A stretch of 64,000 nucleotides of DNA. It comes from Octopus sinensis. Its lineage: Eukaryota. Shown here piece after piece: positions 24,436 to 36,978 of the stretch; positions within the stretch are counted from its first letter, which is position 1; every line of letters starts with the position of its first letter. Location of the stretch: the NCBI RefSeq assembly GCF_006345805.1, contig NC_043002.1:11470001-11534000 (forward strand). Reading direction: 5' to 3'. Below the pieces are notes generated by a model that was given only the letters and a program-made list of their open reading frames with translations, was not told where the DNA came from and did no database searches. The position numbers and the translations under genes were made by a program.

Positions 24436-24480
<45 letters not shown>

Positions 24481-24489
24481 CATCTATCC

Positions 24490-24565
<76 letters not shown>

Positions 24566-24995
24566 CATGTGCAGGTGGCACGTAAAAAGCACCCACTACA
24601 CTCATGGAGTGGTTGGCGTTAGGAAGGGCATCCAGCTGTAGAAACATTGCCAGATAAGACCGGAGCCTGGTGCAGCCTTCTGGCTTCCCAGATTCCCGGT
24701 TGAACTGTCCAACCCATGCTAGCATGGAGAACGGACGTTAAACGATGATGATGATGATGATGATGATGTGTGTGTCTTTGTGTTTGCATCTGTCCCCACC
24801 CCATATCCACAGTTTGATAATAAGTGTTGGTTTCTTCACATACCCAGAGTTTAGCAGTTGAACAAAAAGGGGCTGATAGACATAAGCATCTGGATTTATA
24901 ACCAGATAAGTATCAGGGTTGATTTCTGTAACCGACACCCTTTAAAGTGATGCCCCAGTATGGCCACGGTACAGTGAGCAAAAACAAGTAAAAGA
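24258..24995 (+). mobile_element. SINE A with family E (+, about 24565-24770) nested centrally
   Basis: SINE A 5' half, (TCTA)n/(TA)n, E copy ending (GAT)n, then SINE A 3' half. Confidence 0.8.
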
Positions 24996-25036
24996 CAGAC
25001 AATAAAAGATGCATAATCTGCTTAATAAATAACAAA

Positions 25037-25258
25037 TTAAAGGCGGCGAGCTGGCAGAAATGTTAGCACGCCAGGCAAAATTCTTCGCAGTAATTTGTCA
25101 GTCTTTACATTTTGAGTTCAAATTCCACTGAGGTCAACTTTGTCTTTTATCCTTTCTGGGTTGATTAATTAAGTACCAGTCCGGTACTGAGGTCGATCTA
25201 ATTGAGTGGTGCCCTTCCCCAAAAAATTTCGGGCCTTGTGCCCAGAGTAGAAAAGAAT
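25037..25258 (+). mobile_element. SINE family B, tail type 1
   Basis: aggcggcgagctggcagaa head and ccccaaaaaatttcgggccttgtgccc tail. Imperfect flank duplication aataacaaattaa/aataacgagttaa. Confidence 0.85.
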
Positions 25259-25379
25259 TAATAACGAGTTAAGTGTTATCTCACCCTAATTTGTCTTTCA
25301 AGTTGTTCGTTTGAAACGACTGCATTATAGAGAAATAATTTCGTTAAGTTAAAAGATAACGAACACATATAAACACAGA

Positions 25380-25765
25380 AGGAGGAAGAGGAGGAGGAGA
25401 GGAAGAAGGAAGAGGAGGAGGAGGAGAGGAAGACGAAGGAGAAGGAGAAGGAGAAGAAGAAGAAGAAGAAAAAGAAGAAGAAGCAGAAGGAGAAGAAGAA
25501 GAAGAAGAACAACAACAACAACAACAACAAGAACAATAAGAAAAAGAAGGGGGAGGAGGAGGAGGAGAAGAAGAAGAAGGAGAGGAAGAAGAAGAAGAAG
25601 AACAACAACAACAACAACAACAAGAACAATAAGAAAAAGAAGGGGGAGGAGGAGGAGGAGAAGAAGAAGAAGGAGAGGAAGAAGAAGAAGAACAACAACA
25701 ACAAGAACAAGAAGAACAAGAACAAGAACAAGAAGAAAAAGAAGGGTGATGAGGAGGAGGTGGAA
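25380..25765. repeat. Compound (GAA/GGA/AAC)n tract with a 93-nt higher-order duplication
   Basis: Marker gaacaataagaaaaagaaggggg at 25531 and 25624. Confidence 0.9.
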
Positions 25766-26889
25766 GTTTTATTTTATTTGAGTGAAGTTTTAAAAGAAAA
25801 CCGTTCAGAAATAGACTTTAGTTTCATTATCACAAATAAATCTAGAAAGAGCAAGAAGAGTGTGTAAAAATTTCATCAGACAGGATGTATTTAGGATTGA
25901 GTGAATACCTAGCATTAAGATAAGTCATTGATAAGAAATTGAGATAAACTCTATTCTAGGACCTTATCTAAAAACCAGTACAATAGTAATGGGTGTACAC
26001 TTGAAATATGTAATGGCTTTGGCTCCAAGATAGAGGTGTTGTATGACAGGCTTCTCACGATTAGGATCTGAATGGCTGAGTTCTTATCGCTCGCTAGATT
26101 AAGTGTCAAGGACCTTTTGCAAAGAACTGTAGAACTTCAGATAAAACAAATGGTTCTTCTTATCAGAGTATGCTAGATATCTTCTCGGTATCTAAGGCCA
26201 GAGGGAAATATTTTCTTTTGGTCAGATTTACACTGACATCATTCTGCTGTTAGCATAGATTGTGAACATTTTGTAAAGATTGTTCTTTTTGGCTTCCAAC
26301 ATCTTTTAATGAAGCCAAGTAAGAGATTAGGAAAAACCCCACAGAGTAAACAATAGATTGTGTAAAAATAAATACATGGGAATGATAAGTAACAAATATA
26401 TTTGTGTTGATAAATGGATGTGAAACAGCAGAATAGATATCGAATAAATTAGCAACAAGATGTGGCGTGGTGGAGGCTGTTCTATGTGTGTGTGTGTGTG
26501 TGTGTGGGTTGAGCAAATCTTTTATAAGATAATCAGAATTTGAATTTCATATCTCTATATATGTGCAGTTGTATATAAAACAGACACTTATATATACATA
26601 TATACATGTTCTCACACACACACACACACATGTATACACACACATTCAAACACAAACATATGTATATGTACTTATATTATATATTAGATATATTTAAATG
26701 GTTGGCCTCATATAAAGGAAAAGGCACAGTAATATATATATGTATATATATATATATACACACATATATATATACAGAGAGAGAGATGGATGTCGGTAGA
26801 TACATAAATAGATAGATAGACAAATAGACAGACAGATAAACAGATAGATAGAGGGATATAATATATACATACAGGCTCACACACACATG

Positions 26890-27110
26890 TATCATCATTA
26901 TCATCATCATTTAACGTCCGTTTTTCCATGCTGGCATGGGTTGGACAGTTGGACCAGAGCTGCTGATAATGATAGGGACTGCACTAGGGTCCATTGTCTC
27001 TTCTCTCATGGTTTCTACAAAAGAATGCTCTTCCCTAACTGCGACCATTCCACAGAGTCAACTGGCTGCTTTTTATATATCACCAGTACCAGAACTTTTA
27101 ACATGGCACC
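26890..27110 (-). mobile_element. Family E retroposon (decayed)
   Basis: (CAT)n-ttaacgtccgttttccatgctggcatgggttggac start on the + strand. Confidence 0.7.
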
Positions 27111-27644
27111 AGTACCTTATTTATAAAACTATATCTGTGTGCATACATAAATATATATGTGTATGTATTGATATATATATTAAAAGGCGGCAAATATATC
27201 ACAAAAACTGTTACTCAGAGTTTCATTTTCCTGTTAAGAGGAATAACAGTCAATATTTTGAATTGTTAAAGTGGTTCAAAGTCATACCGGTTTTGTCAAT
27301 TGCTGTTCACTGGCTTTGAATGTGCATCGATTACCGATGTATATATATATATATGCCTAAATTCCTTTTTCCTAAGAATATATTTGTATGTATGTATGTA
27401 CAATTTACGTGCAGACATATACATATACACATACACCTATACATACCAATAGGTTTAACTCAGAAACAAGTGTGTATGCACAAACTAATGTATAGGCACG
27501 CAGAGACAATTACACAACACATACACATACACACTAACATACTGATACTCACGGATACATTTAGAGACGACCACAACCCTACACTCATATCCACACCTAC
27601 ACATTCCTCTAGACCCACCACCACCACACATATTCACATATATA

Positions 27645-28052
27645 CTCTTTTACTCTTTTACTTGTTTCAGTCATTTGACTGCGGCCATGCTGGAGCACTG
27701 CCTTTAGTCGAGCAAATCGACCCCGGGACTTATTCTTTGTAAGCCCAGTACTTATTCTATCGGTCTCTTTTGCCGAACCGCTAAGTGACGGGGACGTAAA
27801 CACACCAGCATCGGTTGAAAGCAATGCTAAGGGGACAAACACAGACACACAAACATATACACACACACTTATATATATATACATACATACGACAGGCTTC
27901 TTTCAGTTTCCGTCTACCAAATCCACTCACAAGGCATTGGTCGGCCCGGGGCTATAGCAGAAGACACTTGCCCAAGATGCCACGCAGTGGGACTGAACCC
28001 CAAACGATGTGGTTGGTTAGCAAGCTACTTACCACACAGCCACTCCTGCGCC
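27645..28052 (-). mobile_element. SINE family A, full length, little diverged
   Basis: Highly similar to 2561-2967 along its length. Confidence 0.92.
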
Positions 28053-28541
28053 TATATATCTATTATATATATCTATTACTTTGCTTACAATGGTAGACTA
28101 TGTTTCTCTGTGTTATTGTCAGAAAGATTCATGTAAAGGAAACATTGAACAAGATCCGCTAATTATAATTATGCTCTGTTGTCGTTTTAGCAGTATTTTC
28201 TATTGTTCCCATTAAGTTCTTTCAATAATGCAAACAAAAAGAAAAAACAAAAATCATAAGCCTCCACTTTATATACACTTGTGTGTGTGTGTGTGTGGTG
28301 TGTGTGTGTGTGTGTGTGTGTGTGTAGTAGTACCTTTTTCTTTTTTGTCGAGTAAAAAGAAAAACTGAAATAGGTGAACTCTATGAATTTTTCATGCTTA
28401 TATATGTATGTGTGTATGTATGCATGTGTGTGTCTCTGTGGGTATGCGTATGTGTGTCTGTGTGATTACATCTCTCTCTCCCTATACATATACGCATATA
28501 TGTTTATACGCATATATATATATAAGTATATGTATATGTAT

Positions 28542-28575
<34 letters not shown>

Positions 28576-28628
28576 ACATGTATATGTATATATATATGTA
28601 TATATATATATATATGTATATATATGTG

Positions 28629-28659
<31 letters not shown>

Positions 28660-29057
28660 CTGTGTGTGTGTATATATGTATGAATATATGTATATATATA
28701 ACTTTATTTGTAAATCGTATATTAATGATTTCTCTCTATATTTATTCCCAAGTTCTCTCTTTACACCATCACTCCTCCATGCACACATACACATATGCAC
28801 TCACAAACACACAGAGAAGTGTGTGTGTGTGTGCGTGTGTTGGCTAGATGTAATAATTGGTACAATAGATTCTGACTACCAAACATTAAACCATAAAGAA
28901 AACACTGAATGAAAGAAAACCTATTGTTTGAAATTGTTTTACAGAACAATAGAAATGTAAAGTCTTTTATTAGACATTACAAGAAAATATATATTTGGAC
29001 AAGAACATTTATTTCCGTATCTCTGACCATTCATTTATGACTTTTGGTGTTTGCCTT

Positions 29058-30125
29058 CGTTAACATTTTTGAAACCAACTTGTCTAAGACCACCCTTGGT
29101 ACTACGATACGAACTTCCTATTCTAAATCTGTTGCATTCAAAAGGGCCATCTCTGGCCCAAATACCGCTGTTGGCGGGCTCCGGTGCAGGTCAAAACGAA
29201 GGGGGCCAGTTTCAGCCGGCGGTTATGGTGGACGGCAGACGAGAGGGGCAGCGGTGATGGGCGGGCCCACTGCAGCTTTTAGATTCGTCCGGCGCCCTAT
29301 GATACAAACTTCCTATTCTAAATCTGTTGCATTGAAAAGGGCCATATCTGGCCCAAATACCGTAGATGGGCTCTGGTGCGGGTCAAAACGAAAGGGGCCG
29401 GTTTTGGTCGGCGGCTACGGCGGATGGCAGACGAGAGGGGCAGCGGCGATGGGTGGGCCCGCTGCAGCTTTTAGACTCATCCGGCGCCCTATGATACGAA
29501 CTTCCTATTCTAAATCTGTAGCATTGAAAAGGGCCATATCTGGCCCAAATATTCTACCTGTTTTGTGTTGTGACCAGCCAGCTTTTCACACCTACCTCAC
29601 AATGTCATTTTAAAAATTACAAATTAAACTATCGCATTATGAAAATCTCAAAGCTACATGATCATATATGATTAATTCAAAATAATGTGAATAAAAAAAA
29701 AAAATATTCATTTGACAGAATAATATGAATGTTAAAAGGTAAAAAGTGGTAAAATTAAATTAAATCAAATTAAATTAAAACTTTCTTCAGAAGTTTCCTG
29801 TTAATTTATGTTCCATGCACCAGCATACTAAATACATCATTATTTAAAAAATTAATTGAATTAAAAGATGAGTATTTTAACAGAAATATGGTATGGATTA
29901 GAATGAGCTAAATTAAATACTTCCATCAAAATTTTGTGTTGATTTATGTTCAAAATGTCAGTTTAATAATGACATAGATGTTTTACTAAATCCTTCGTTA
30001 TTCGGGAAATTAATTGAATTAACGGCTGTGTATTTCACCAGAAATATGGTAACAAAATGGTTTAAGTTATCTAAATTAAAACCTTTCATCATAATTTCAT
30101 GTTAATTTATGTGTGAAACACCAGC
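29058..30125. mobile_element. Composite of piggyBac-type MITE families 1 and 2
   Basis: 29058-29130 matches the family-2 terminus (cf. 57470 and the reverse of 53960-54022). 29520-29745 matches family 1 (12376). 29760-30125 carries family-2 internal subunits. Confidence 0.7.
29103..29552. repeat. GC-rich tandem repeat, units of 195 and 192 bp, about 2.3 copies
   Basis: gatac(g/a)aacttcctattctaaatctg recurs at 29106, 29301 and 29493, and the intervening GC-rich segments are homologous to each other. Confidence 0.92.
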
Positions 30126-30149
30126 TTCTTTCATCATCATAATCATAGT

Positions 30150-30430
30150 CATCATCATCATCATCATCGTTTAACGTCCGTTTTCCATGTTAGGATGTGT
30201 TGGATGATTTGGCTGAGGGCTGGTGAACACGATGGCTGCACCAGGCTTCAATTTTGATCCGGCAGAGTTTCTACAGCTTGATGCCCTTCCTATCGCCAAC
30301 CACTCTGAGAGTGTAGTAGGTGCTTTTACGTGCCAGTCAGACAGCACTGGCAATGACCTCGCTCGAATCTTTTACATATGCCACCGGCACAGGTGCCAGT
30401 AAGGCGATGCTAGTAACGATCATGCTCGTT
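30150..30430 (-). mobile_element. Family E retroposon with VNTR remnant
   Basis: Homology to 46635-47017. Confidence 0.8.
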
Positions 30431-31075
30431 TATGATGAGATTATTTCACAAACATTTTTTATTATTTTTTAAATTAACTGAAACACAAGCAAGCGCACTT
30501 CCATAGAAATATAACACATGGGTTAATTAAAATTAATCAATATTAATTACACATCTGATTCTGAAGTGTTGTCTCCTGGGTTTTGGAGAAACGTGTATTT
30601 TGGTCTTTAGATTGTGTACAGTGACTATATCCCTGATCTGGTACTCTCTTGACTTCTGCAGTTTTCAAAGACAATAATCTGATGATACAGGTAAGAGTGA
30701 AGGGGACAATAAAAAAGTGGGTACATTCTCCACATTTGAAAGAGGTTTTCTGAGGTGGGTTCAGGGATGGTGTAGAAGCTTCCCTTGTGATTGATGCTAC
30801 TCAAGATGTGCAATTCCAATGACCAATGTCAGAAAATAAAAAGGTTATACCCAACTTGGAATTACTGATGGGTCAACTTTCATATATGCATATATATATG
30901 TGTGTGTATATATATATATATATATATAGTGACATAGAAAGATGAATAATCTTGTTGCAGATTAATCAAAAGTTTAACCGATACCTTGGTAGCAAAAATC
31001 ACAGCAGAAGACAGCACGGTTGGAGGTACAACCATATGGTGTTGCAACCATGCGTTGGTGCGGATAATTGAATTT

Positions 31076-31237
31076 TAATATTATTAGTGAATTGAAGAAA
31101 TGGAGTTGAATGAAGATTGAACAGAAATCGTTTTATTGCATTCTACACGTGGCTTTCGAAACACATGTAGAATGCAATAAAACGATTTCTGTTCAATCTT
31201 CGTTCAACTCCATTTCTTCAATTCACTAATAATATTA
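31076..31237. repeat. Near-perfect hairpin, 76-bp arms, 10-nt loop
   Basis: 31076-31151 vs 31162-31237 differ at 2 positions, both CpG/TpG transitions. Confidence 0.95.
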
Positions 31238-31347
31238 TATATATATATAACGGGAAGCTTTATGAAAATAAACAAAAGACGAAGGCAGGTGGAAAACAAA
31301 CGAACAATTGTATTAGTATGGCGCTCAGGAAATATAAATAAAACAAG

Positions 31348-31385
31348 TCTTTAACGTTTCGAGCCTACGCTCTTCAACAGAAAGA
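31348..31385 (-). ncRNA. Minimal type I hammerhead-ribozyme motif (PLE type)
   Basis: TCTTT-CTGTTGA-A-GAGC-gtag-GCTC-GAAA-CGTT-AAAGA. Helix I 5 bp, helix II 4 bp, palindromic ACGT helix III. Core has U at position 6. Confidence 0.65.
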
Positions 31386-31519
31386 TACACAGAGAGAGAA
31401 AAACACAGAAAGAAGGAGAGATAATAGGGTTGATAAAAGGGTTGAGGGACCAGCTAAAAGTGCGTGGGAGGGGTCTGGATGTGTGTATGTATAGGGTTGG
31501 TGTATGTATTAGTATGTAT

Positions 31520-31554
<35 letters not shown>

Positions 31555-32089
31555 AGAGAGTATTAGTGCGTAGGATTGGTCTGGACGTGCATAGGTATGG
31601 GGTTGGTGTATGTATTAGTATGTATTAGTATGTATTAGTACGTATTGGTATGTATAGGTGTTTGTGTGTGTGAGAGAGTATAAGTGCGTATGCGGGGTCT
31701 GGACGTGTGTATGTATAGGGTTGGTGTAAGTATTAGTATGTACTAGTATGTATTAGTACGTATTAGTATGTATTAGTTGGTGTGTGTATTAGTATGGCAC
31801 ATCATATGTGATGTGATGTGTAAAGTCATGTGGTGTAGTGAGGAGAAGAGGGGGAGGGGGAGAAGAGGGGGGAGAGAAGGGCAGGGGAAGAAGAGGGGGA
31901 GGAGAAGGGGGAAGAGGAGAGGATAGGGGAGAAGGAAGGGGAGAGAGGGAGCAGAGGGAAGGGGAAGAGGGAGGGAGAAAGAGGGAAGAAGGGAAGGGGA
32001 GTAGGGGTGAAGGATGAAGAACTGAAGAAGTAGGGGTCGGGGGGAGAAAGGATAGGTGAGGAGGGGGAGGGGGGTTAGATGAGGAGAGG

Positions 32090-32383
32090 GGGAGAGTTGA
32101 GACCAAATGGCGTATAAAGCGAAGAGAGAAGATTAATTCCTGTTCACGGCGCAACGGAATCCGGATGGCCTCTGTGTAAGGACAAACCGAACACAGATAG
32201 GTGTTGCAAGGAGTGACCGGTGGAGCGGAAATGGCGTGAGACCGGTGTGTCGTTCGCAAGGTGGATGTCACGAAGGTGTTCCGCGAACCGGTCAGCCAAG
32301 CGGCGTCCAGTTTGTCCGATGTACAAGGAATTGCAGAGAGAGCAAGAGATGCAATAGATAATATTGCTGGAGGTGCAGGTGAT
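32090..32383 (-). pseudogene. PLE GIY-YIG endonuclease fragment
   Basis: [57 protein letters not shown]..., then frameshifted [15 protein letters not shown]. Confidence 0.9.
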
Positions 32384-32421
32384 ATATATATATATATATA
32401 TATATACAACACATAATTATT

Positions 32422-32515
<94 letters not shown>

Positions 32516-32807
32516 TTATACACATATATATGAATATATATGTGCTTGTATATGTGTGTGCATACACACTTATGCATGCATACATACATATCTATGTACA
32601 TGCATACACATATGTATACACATATACCTGAAAAATTTTTAATGTAAAAAGTAAAAGGAAAACTTTCCAGAAACAAAACAAAAAAACTTGAAATGGACAG
32701 AAAAAAAATTATGAATAAACAAATATATAAATATAACACTTTGATTTTTGTCTACTATTCATCCATAAATTACCATTAACGATGCTTTTGTTTTCAATAT
32801 TAATTAG

Positions 32808-32909
<102 letters not shown>

Positions 32910-33017
32910 ATATATATATATGTATGTGTGTATATATACATATATATACACATATATATGTATATATATATACACATTCATGCACACACATAAACACAAA
33001 CACACACACACATACTC

Positions 33018-33048
<31 letters not shown>

Positions 33049-33277
33049 ATGTAAATATTTATTTATTTATATAGATGTGTATGTGTATGTATACATGAAT
33101 ATATCGATAACGAAGATAATGTAAAACTAATTGATAATCTTTTATCGTGTTCAGTTAGATGATTGACTTTTGTTTTCTTTAAAAATCATGTCTCAAACAA
33201 ATTATATATTTACATATATACATACATATATACATACGTACATATATTTAGATATATACATATATATACATACGTAC

Positions 33278-33311
<34 letters not shown>

Positions 33312-33316
33312 GACTT

Positions 33317-33360
33317 TTTCTCTGTTTATACATGAGTATGCATATAGAAATATATATATG

Positions 33361-33392
<32 letters not shown>

Positions 33393-33436
33393 TATATATA
33401 TTTCTATATGCATACTCATGTATAAACACAGAGAAA
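33317..33436. repeat. Local inverted duplication around (TA)n
   Basis: 33317-33360 vs 33391-33436 are identical as reverse complements except for a 2-nt bulge. Confidence 0.92.
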
Positions 33437-33951
33437 GACACACAGATAACTGGGTTACCAGAGGAGGAAAACATGCCAAGTGCAGCTATAGCAGTCTTCA
33501 TCGCTTTTCACTTTCTCCTCATCTCTTCCTTTAATTTACAGAAATAAATTCACCATGACTTAATAGCTAAGTCATTATAAATAGGATAAAGTTGGGTTTC
33601 ATTTAAGTGTGAACAAATTAATTTGTTTATATGTTTAAATTTCAATATAATCAACAAATATCACGATCAAATGTAAATAACTTTTAACATATCTTGTTAT
33701 GTGATAGATAGATACATATTTTTTTGTGTTTTTAATTACTAAGATCAAATACTATTTACAAATAATGTACCTAATTTTTTCTGTTTTTGATTGCTTATAT
33801 AAATAAATTATATTATCATTATAATCATCGTTAGCACTGTTGTTGTTGTTGTTGTTGTTGTTGCTGTTAATCTTAATGAAAAGAATTTCTAGAAGAAATG
33901 AGGCAGTGACAGAGTACAGTGCACAAAATGTGTAGCAGTGCTGTTGTTCAG

Positions 33952-33982
<31 letters not shown>

Positions 33983-34199
33983 ATTTCTGTGAGGGTACAT
34001 GGACTAGTGGTTAGAGTGTTGCTCTTGTGATTGCAATATCATGGTTTCAATTCCATGTATATCCAACAAACTTCTTTCAGTTACATACACCATCCTTAAC
34101 TAAGACAAGATCCATTTTTTTGTTTTTCTTTCTTTCAATCAGCACTCACTTCTTGTAAAGGTGTTTAGTTTAGAATCTCAGGTGTTGCACTCATTATAA

Positions 34200-34375
34200 C
34201 AAGTTCATAGTTTCAATACCCAGACTGGGCCATGCATTGTATTCTTAAGCACCATACTTCATTTCACATTGCTCCAGTCTGCTTGACTGCAAATGGGTTA
34301 CCTTGCGATGGACTGGCGTCCCATTCAGGGGATGTGTTGTGATCTCAGTCTCCTTTACTCTATGGAGACTTGGTG
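34200..34375 (+). mobile_element. Decayed SINE body
   Basis: Contains accttgcgatggactggcgtcccattcagggg, related to the ctgcgacggaccggcgtcccgtccagg module of family D. Resembles the V-SINE domain (from memory). Confidence 0.55.
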
Positions 34376-35109
34376 ACTAATATTTTGAGTCCAAGAACAG
34401 TATTCACTTTTTACTCTGTCTCCAAATCTTACTATAAAAAATAAAATACCAGTGGAGGTGTCACATGCAATCAACTACATACTCCCTCTCTAGTGAGACA
34501 AAATGCTTGTGCTATTGCTTTCAACTCTTTACATTCTGGTTTCAAATCCCATTGATGTAAACATTTTGAGGTTGATTAAAAAAAATACTAGGCAGGTACT
34601 AAGTCAATGAAATTGACTGGCAGAATCATTAGATCATCAGAAGAGAAACCTTGTGACATTTTTTTCCCCCATTCTTAGCATTCTGAGTTCAAATCCAACA
34701 GAGATCAACCTTTGAAGTCAACAAGAGTACTAGTCAAGCTCTACACATGAATTATCTGATGGAGAAAAAGTCTGTTTGGCAGAGCTGCATGACAATGGGA
34801 GGTGCATCCTAACCTTATTCTGATCTCTAACAGCAAGTGAGAAATGTAATAACATATCTATATATCCTGAAAGACATAGGGACCTTTTTAATGCTCATGA
34901 AAGAGCAATTACAGGCAGCTCTGGCTGATGTATAGAACATTATCTCCTACATTAGCTAGAGCAGGGGGTTAGAGAACTGTGTGCATGGCATTTACAACTG
35001 TGTATCATGCAAATAAGAAGAGTGAACTGATGTATTACAAAGTTGCCAAGAACCTCATGCTACAAGGATCATGATAAAGGATATTTGTAATGACATAGAC
35101 TCACATCAC

Positions 35110-35340
35110 AGTACATGGGTATGTGTGTATATGTCATTGTTTGTTATTGTCACCACCCCCACTGCTTGACATCTGGTGTTGGTTTGTTCACATCCCTATA
35201 ACTTAGCAGTTTGTCAAAAGACGACCAACAGAATAAGTACCAGATTTCTTAAAGGAAGTCCTGTACTGAGGTCAGTTTTTTCGACTAAATTCTTCAAAGC
35301 AGTGCCCCAGCATGGCCACAACCCTATGACTGAAACAAGT
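35110..35340 (+). mobile_element. SINE A 3' half
   Basis: Homology to other copies. Confidence 0.75.
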
Positions 35341-35668
35341 AGCAGAAGATAAATATACAACAACTGAGGCATGGCTTATGGTGCAAGAATGGTTGTAAGG
35401 ACTGACATATAGCTTAACAACAACAACAGCAACAACAACAACACCAATAACTTGGCAGACTAGTAGCTGGTCTTTCGCTCTGGGGCATTAACCATAGAAC
35501 TTCTGATATCCTGTAGCTTATTGAAATCCATTATATAATTCCAAAACAGACAAAGAAATCAATAATTCAAAATAAACAGCTAAGCTTAGTTTCTTAAATC
35601 GGTATCTCAGTAAACTTGTCCAAGAATTATTCTTAATATTACAAAACAAAATACAAATACAAACATAT

Positions 35669-35727
<59 letters not shown>

Positions 35728-35767
35728 ATATATATGTGTGTGTGTATATATAATATATATATATGTA

Positions 35768-35817
<50 letters not shown>

Positions 35818-36210
35818 TATATATATTTATATATATGTATGTATATATATGTGTGTGTGTGTGTGTGTATATGTATATATATGTGGGTATATGAAGATTA
35901 TCATTATTTTGTCCTCATTAGTATACAAAATTAAAATTTATATTTACTTTTGTTTTAAAGAAAAATTAGTTTTCTTGCGTCGTTTTGTTTCAGTTGTTTA
36001 TCTCGCTTGTTTATGTTCTTAATCTTTTGAATTACACAGAAATCAACAAAACAAAACAAACAAAACAAAACAAAAAAACAAAAAAAAAACAAAAAACAAA
36101 AAAGAAAATTAAAAACTTGTTTAAAGACTTAAAACAAACAAACATAATGTGATCAAAGATGCAAATTGGGATTTTGCTGAAGAATCTTAGATTTTTATTT
36201 TATTTTATCA

Positions 36211-36260
<50 letters not shown>

Positions 36261-36945
36261 GTTATTATTATTTTTATATTTACTTATCTTTATCGTTTTA
36301 ATAATTTTAATGAATATTAAAATCTAATAATATTCGATGCTGTCTTTTATGCAGGCAGGAAAATATTTTGCTGTTGTTCTTGAGAAGAATTTTTTTTTTT
36401 TTCAAATGCCATATCATATGCGTAATAATAAAAAAAAAATAAGACAAAAAAATACAAGAGGAGCAACAAACAATATTTAAACTTATCAGAGAGTGTATCA
36501 AGTTAAGCTGAATTCTGAACCCTAAATTCCAAACAGCAGGAATAATGGTGAATAAGAAAAACAACAAAAAGACAGAAATCGCAGGAGATACTTTGTGAAG
36601 CTGGCAATGAGAATTATATGACAAGATCACATTTTATACACACACACACACACACATAAATATATATACACACACACATACAAATACATGTATGTATATA
36701 TATATATAAATGCACATATATACACAAATGTGTCTATATATATGCATATATCGATACACACACACACACACACACATATATATATTTATTTAGATACATA
36801 TATATATGTATATACATACATATATAAAAATATATGCTTATATATGTACTTTTATATATTATGATTATATGCATACATATATATATATTATATATATACA
36901 CAGTTAAATATATATATATCTACATATCAAATATATATAAATATA

Positions 36946-36978
<33 letters not shown>

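Larger units (their letters stand above)
31247..32383 (-). mobile_element. 5'-truncated Penelope-like element: GIY-YIG C-terminus, low-complexity 3' region, terminal repeat
   Basis: GIY-YIG coding remnant at 32090-32383. Terminus 31247-31410 carries the PLE signature gaaacgt and is repeated at 44667-44820. Both ends abut (TA)n. Confidence 0.85.

Noticed and set aside
29103-29552. Repeat-spacer layout superficially like a CRISPR array
   Set aside because: The spacers are homologous to each other and ~135 bp long, the repeats are MITE-derived, there are no cas genes, and the context is eukaryotic.
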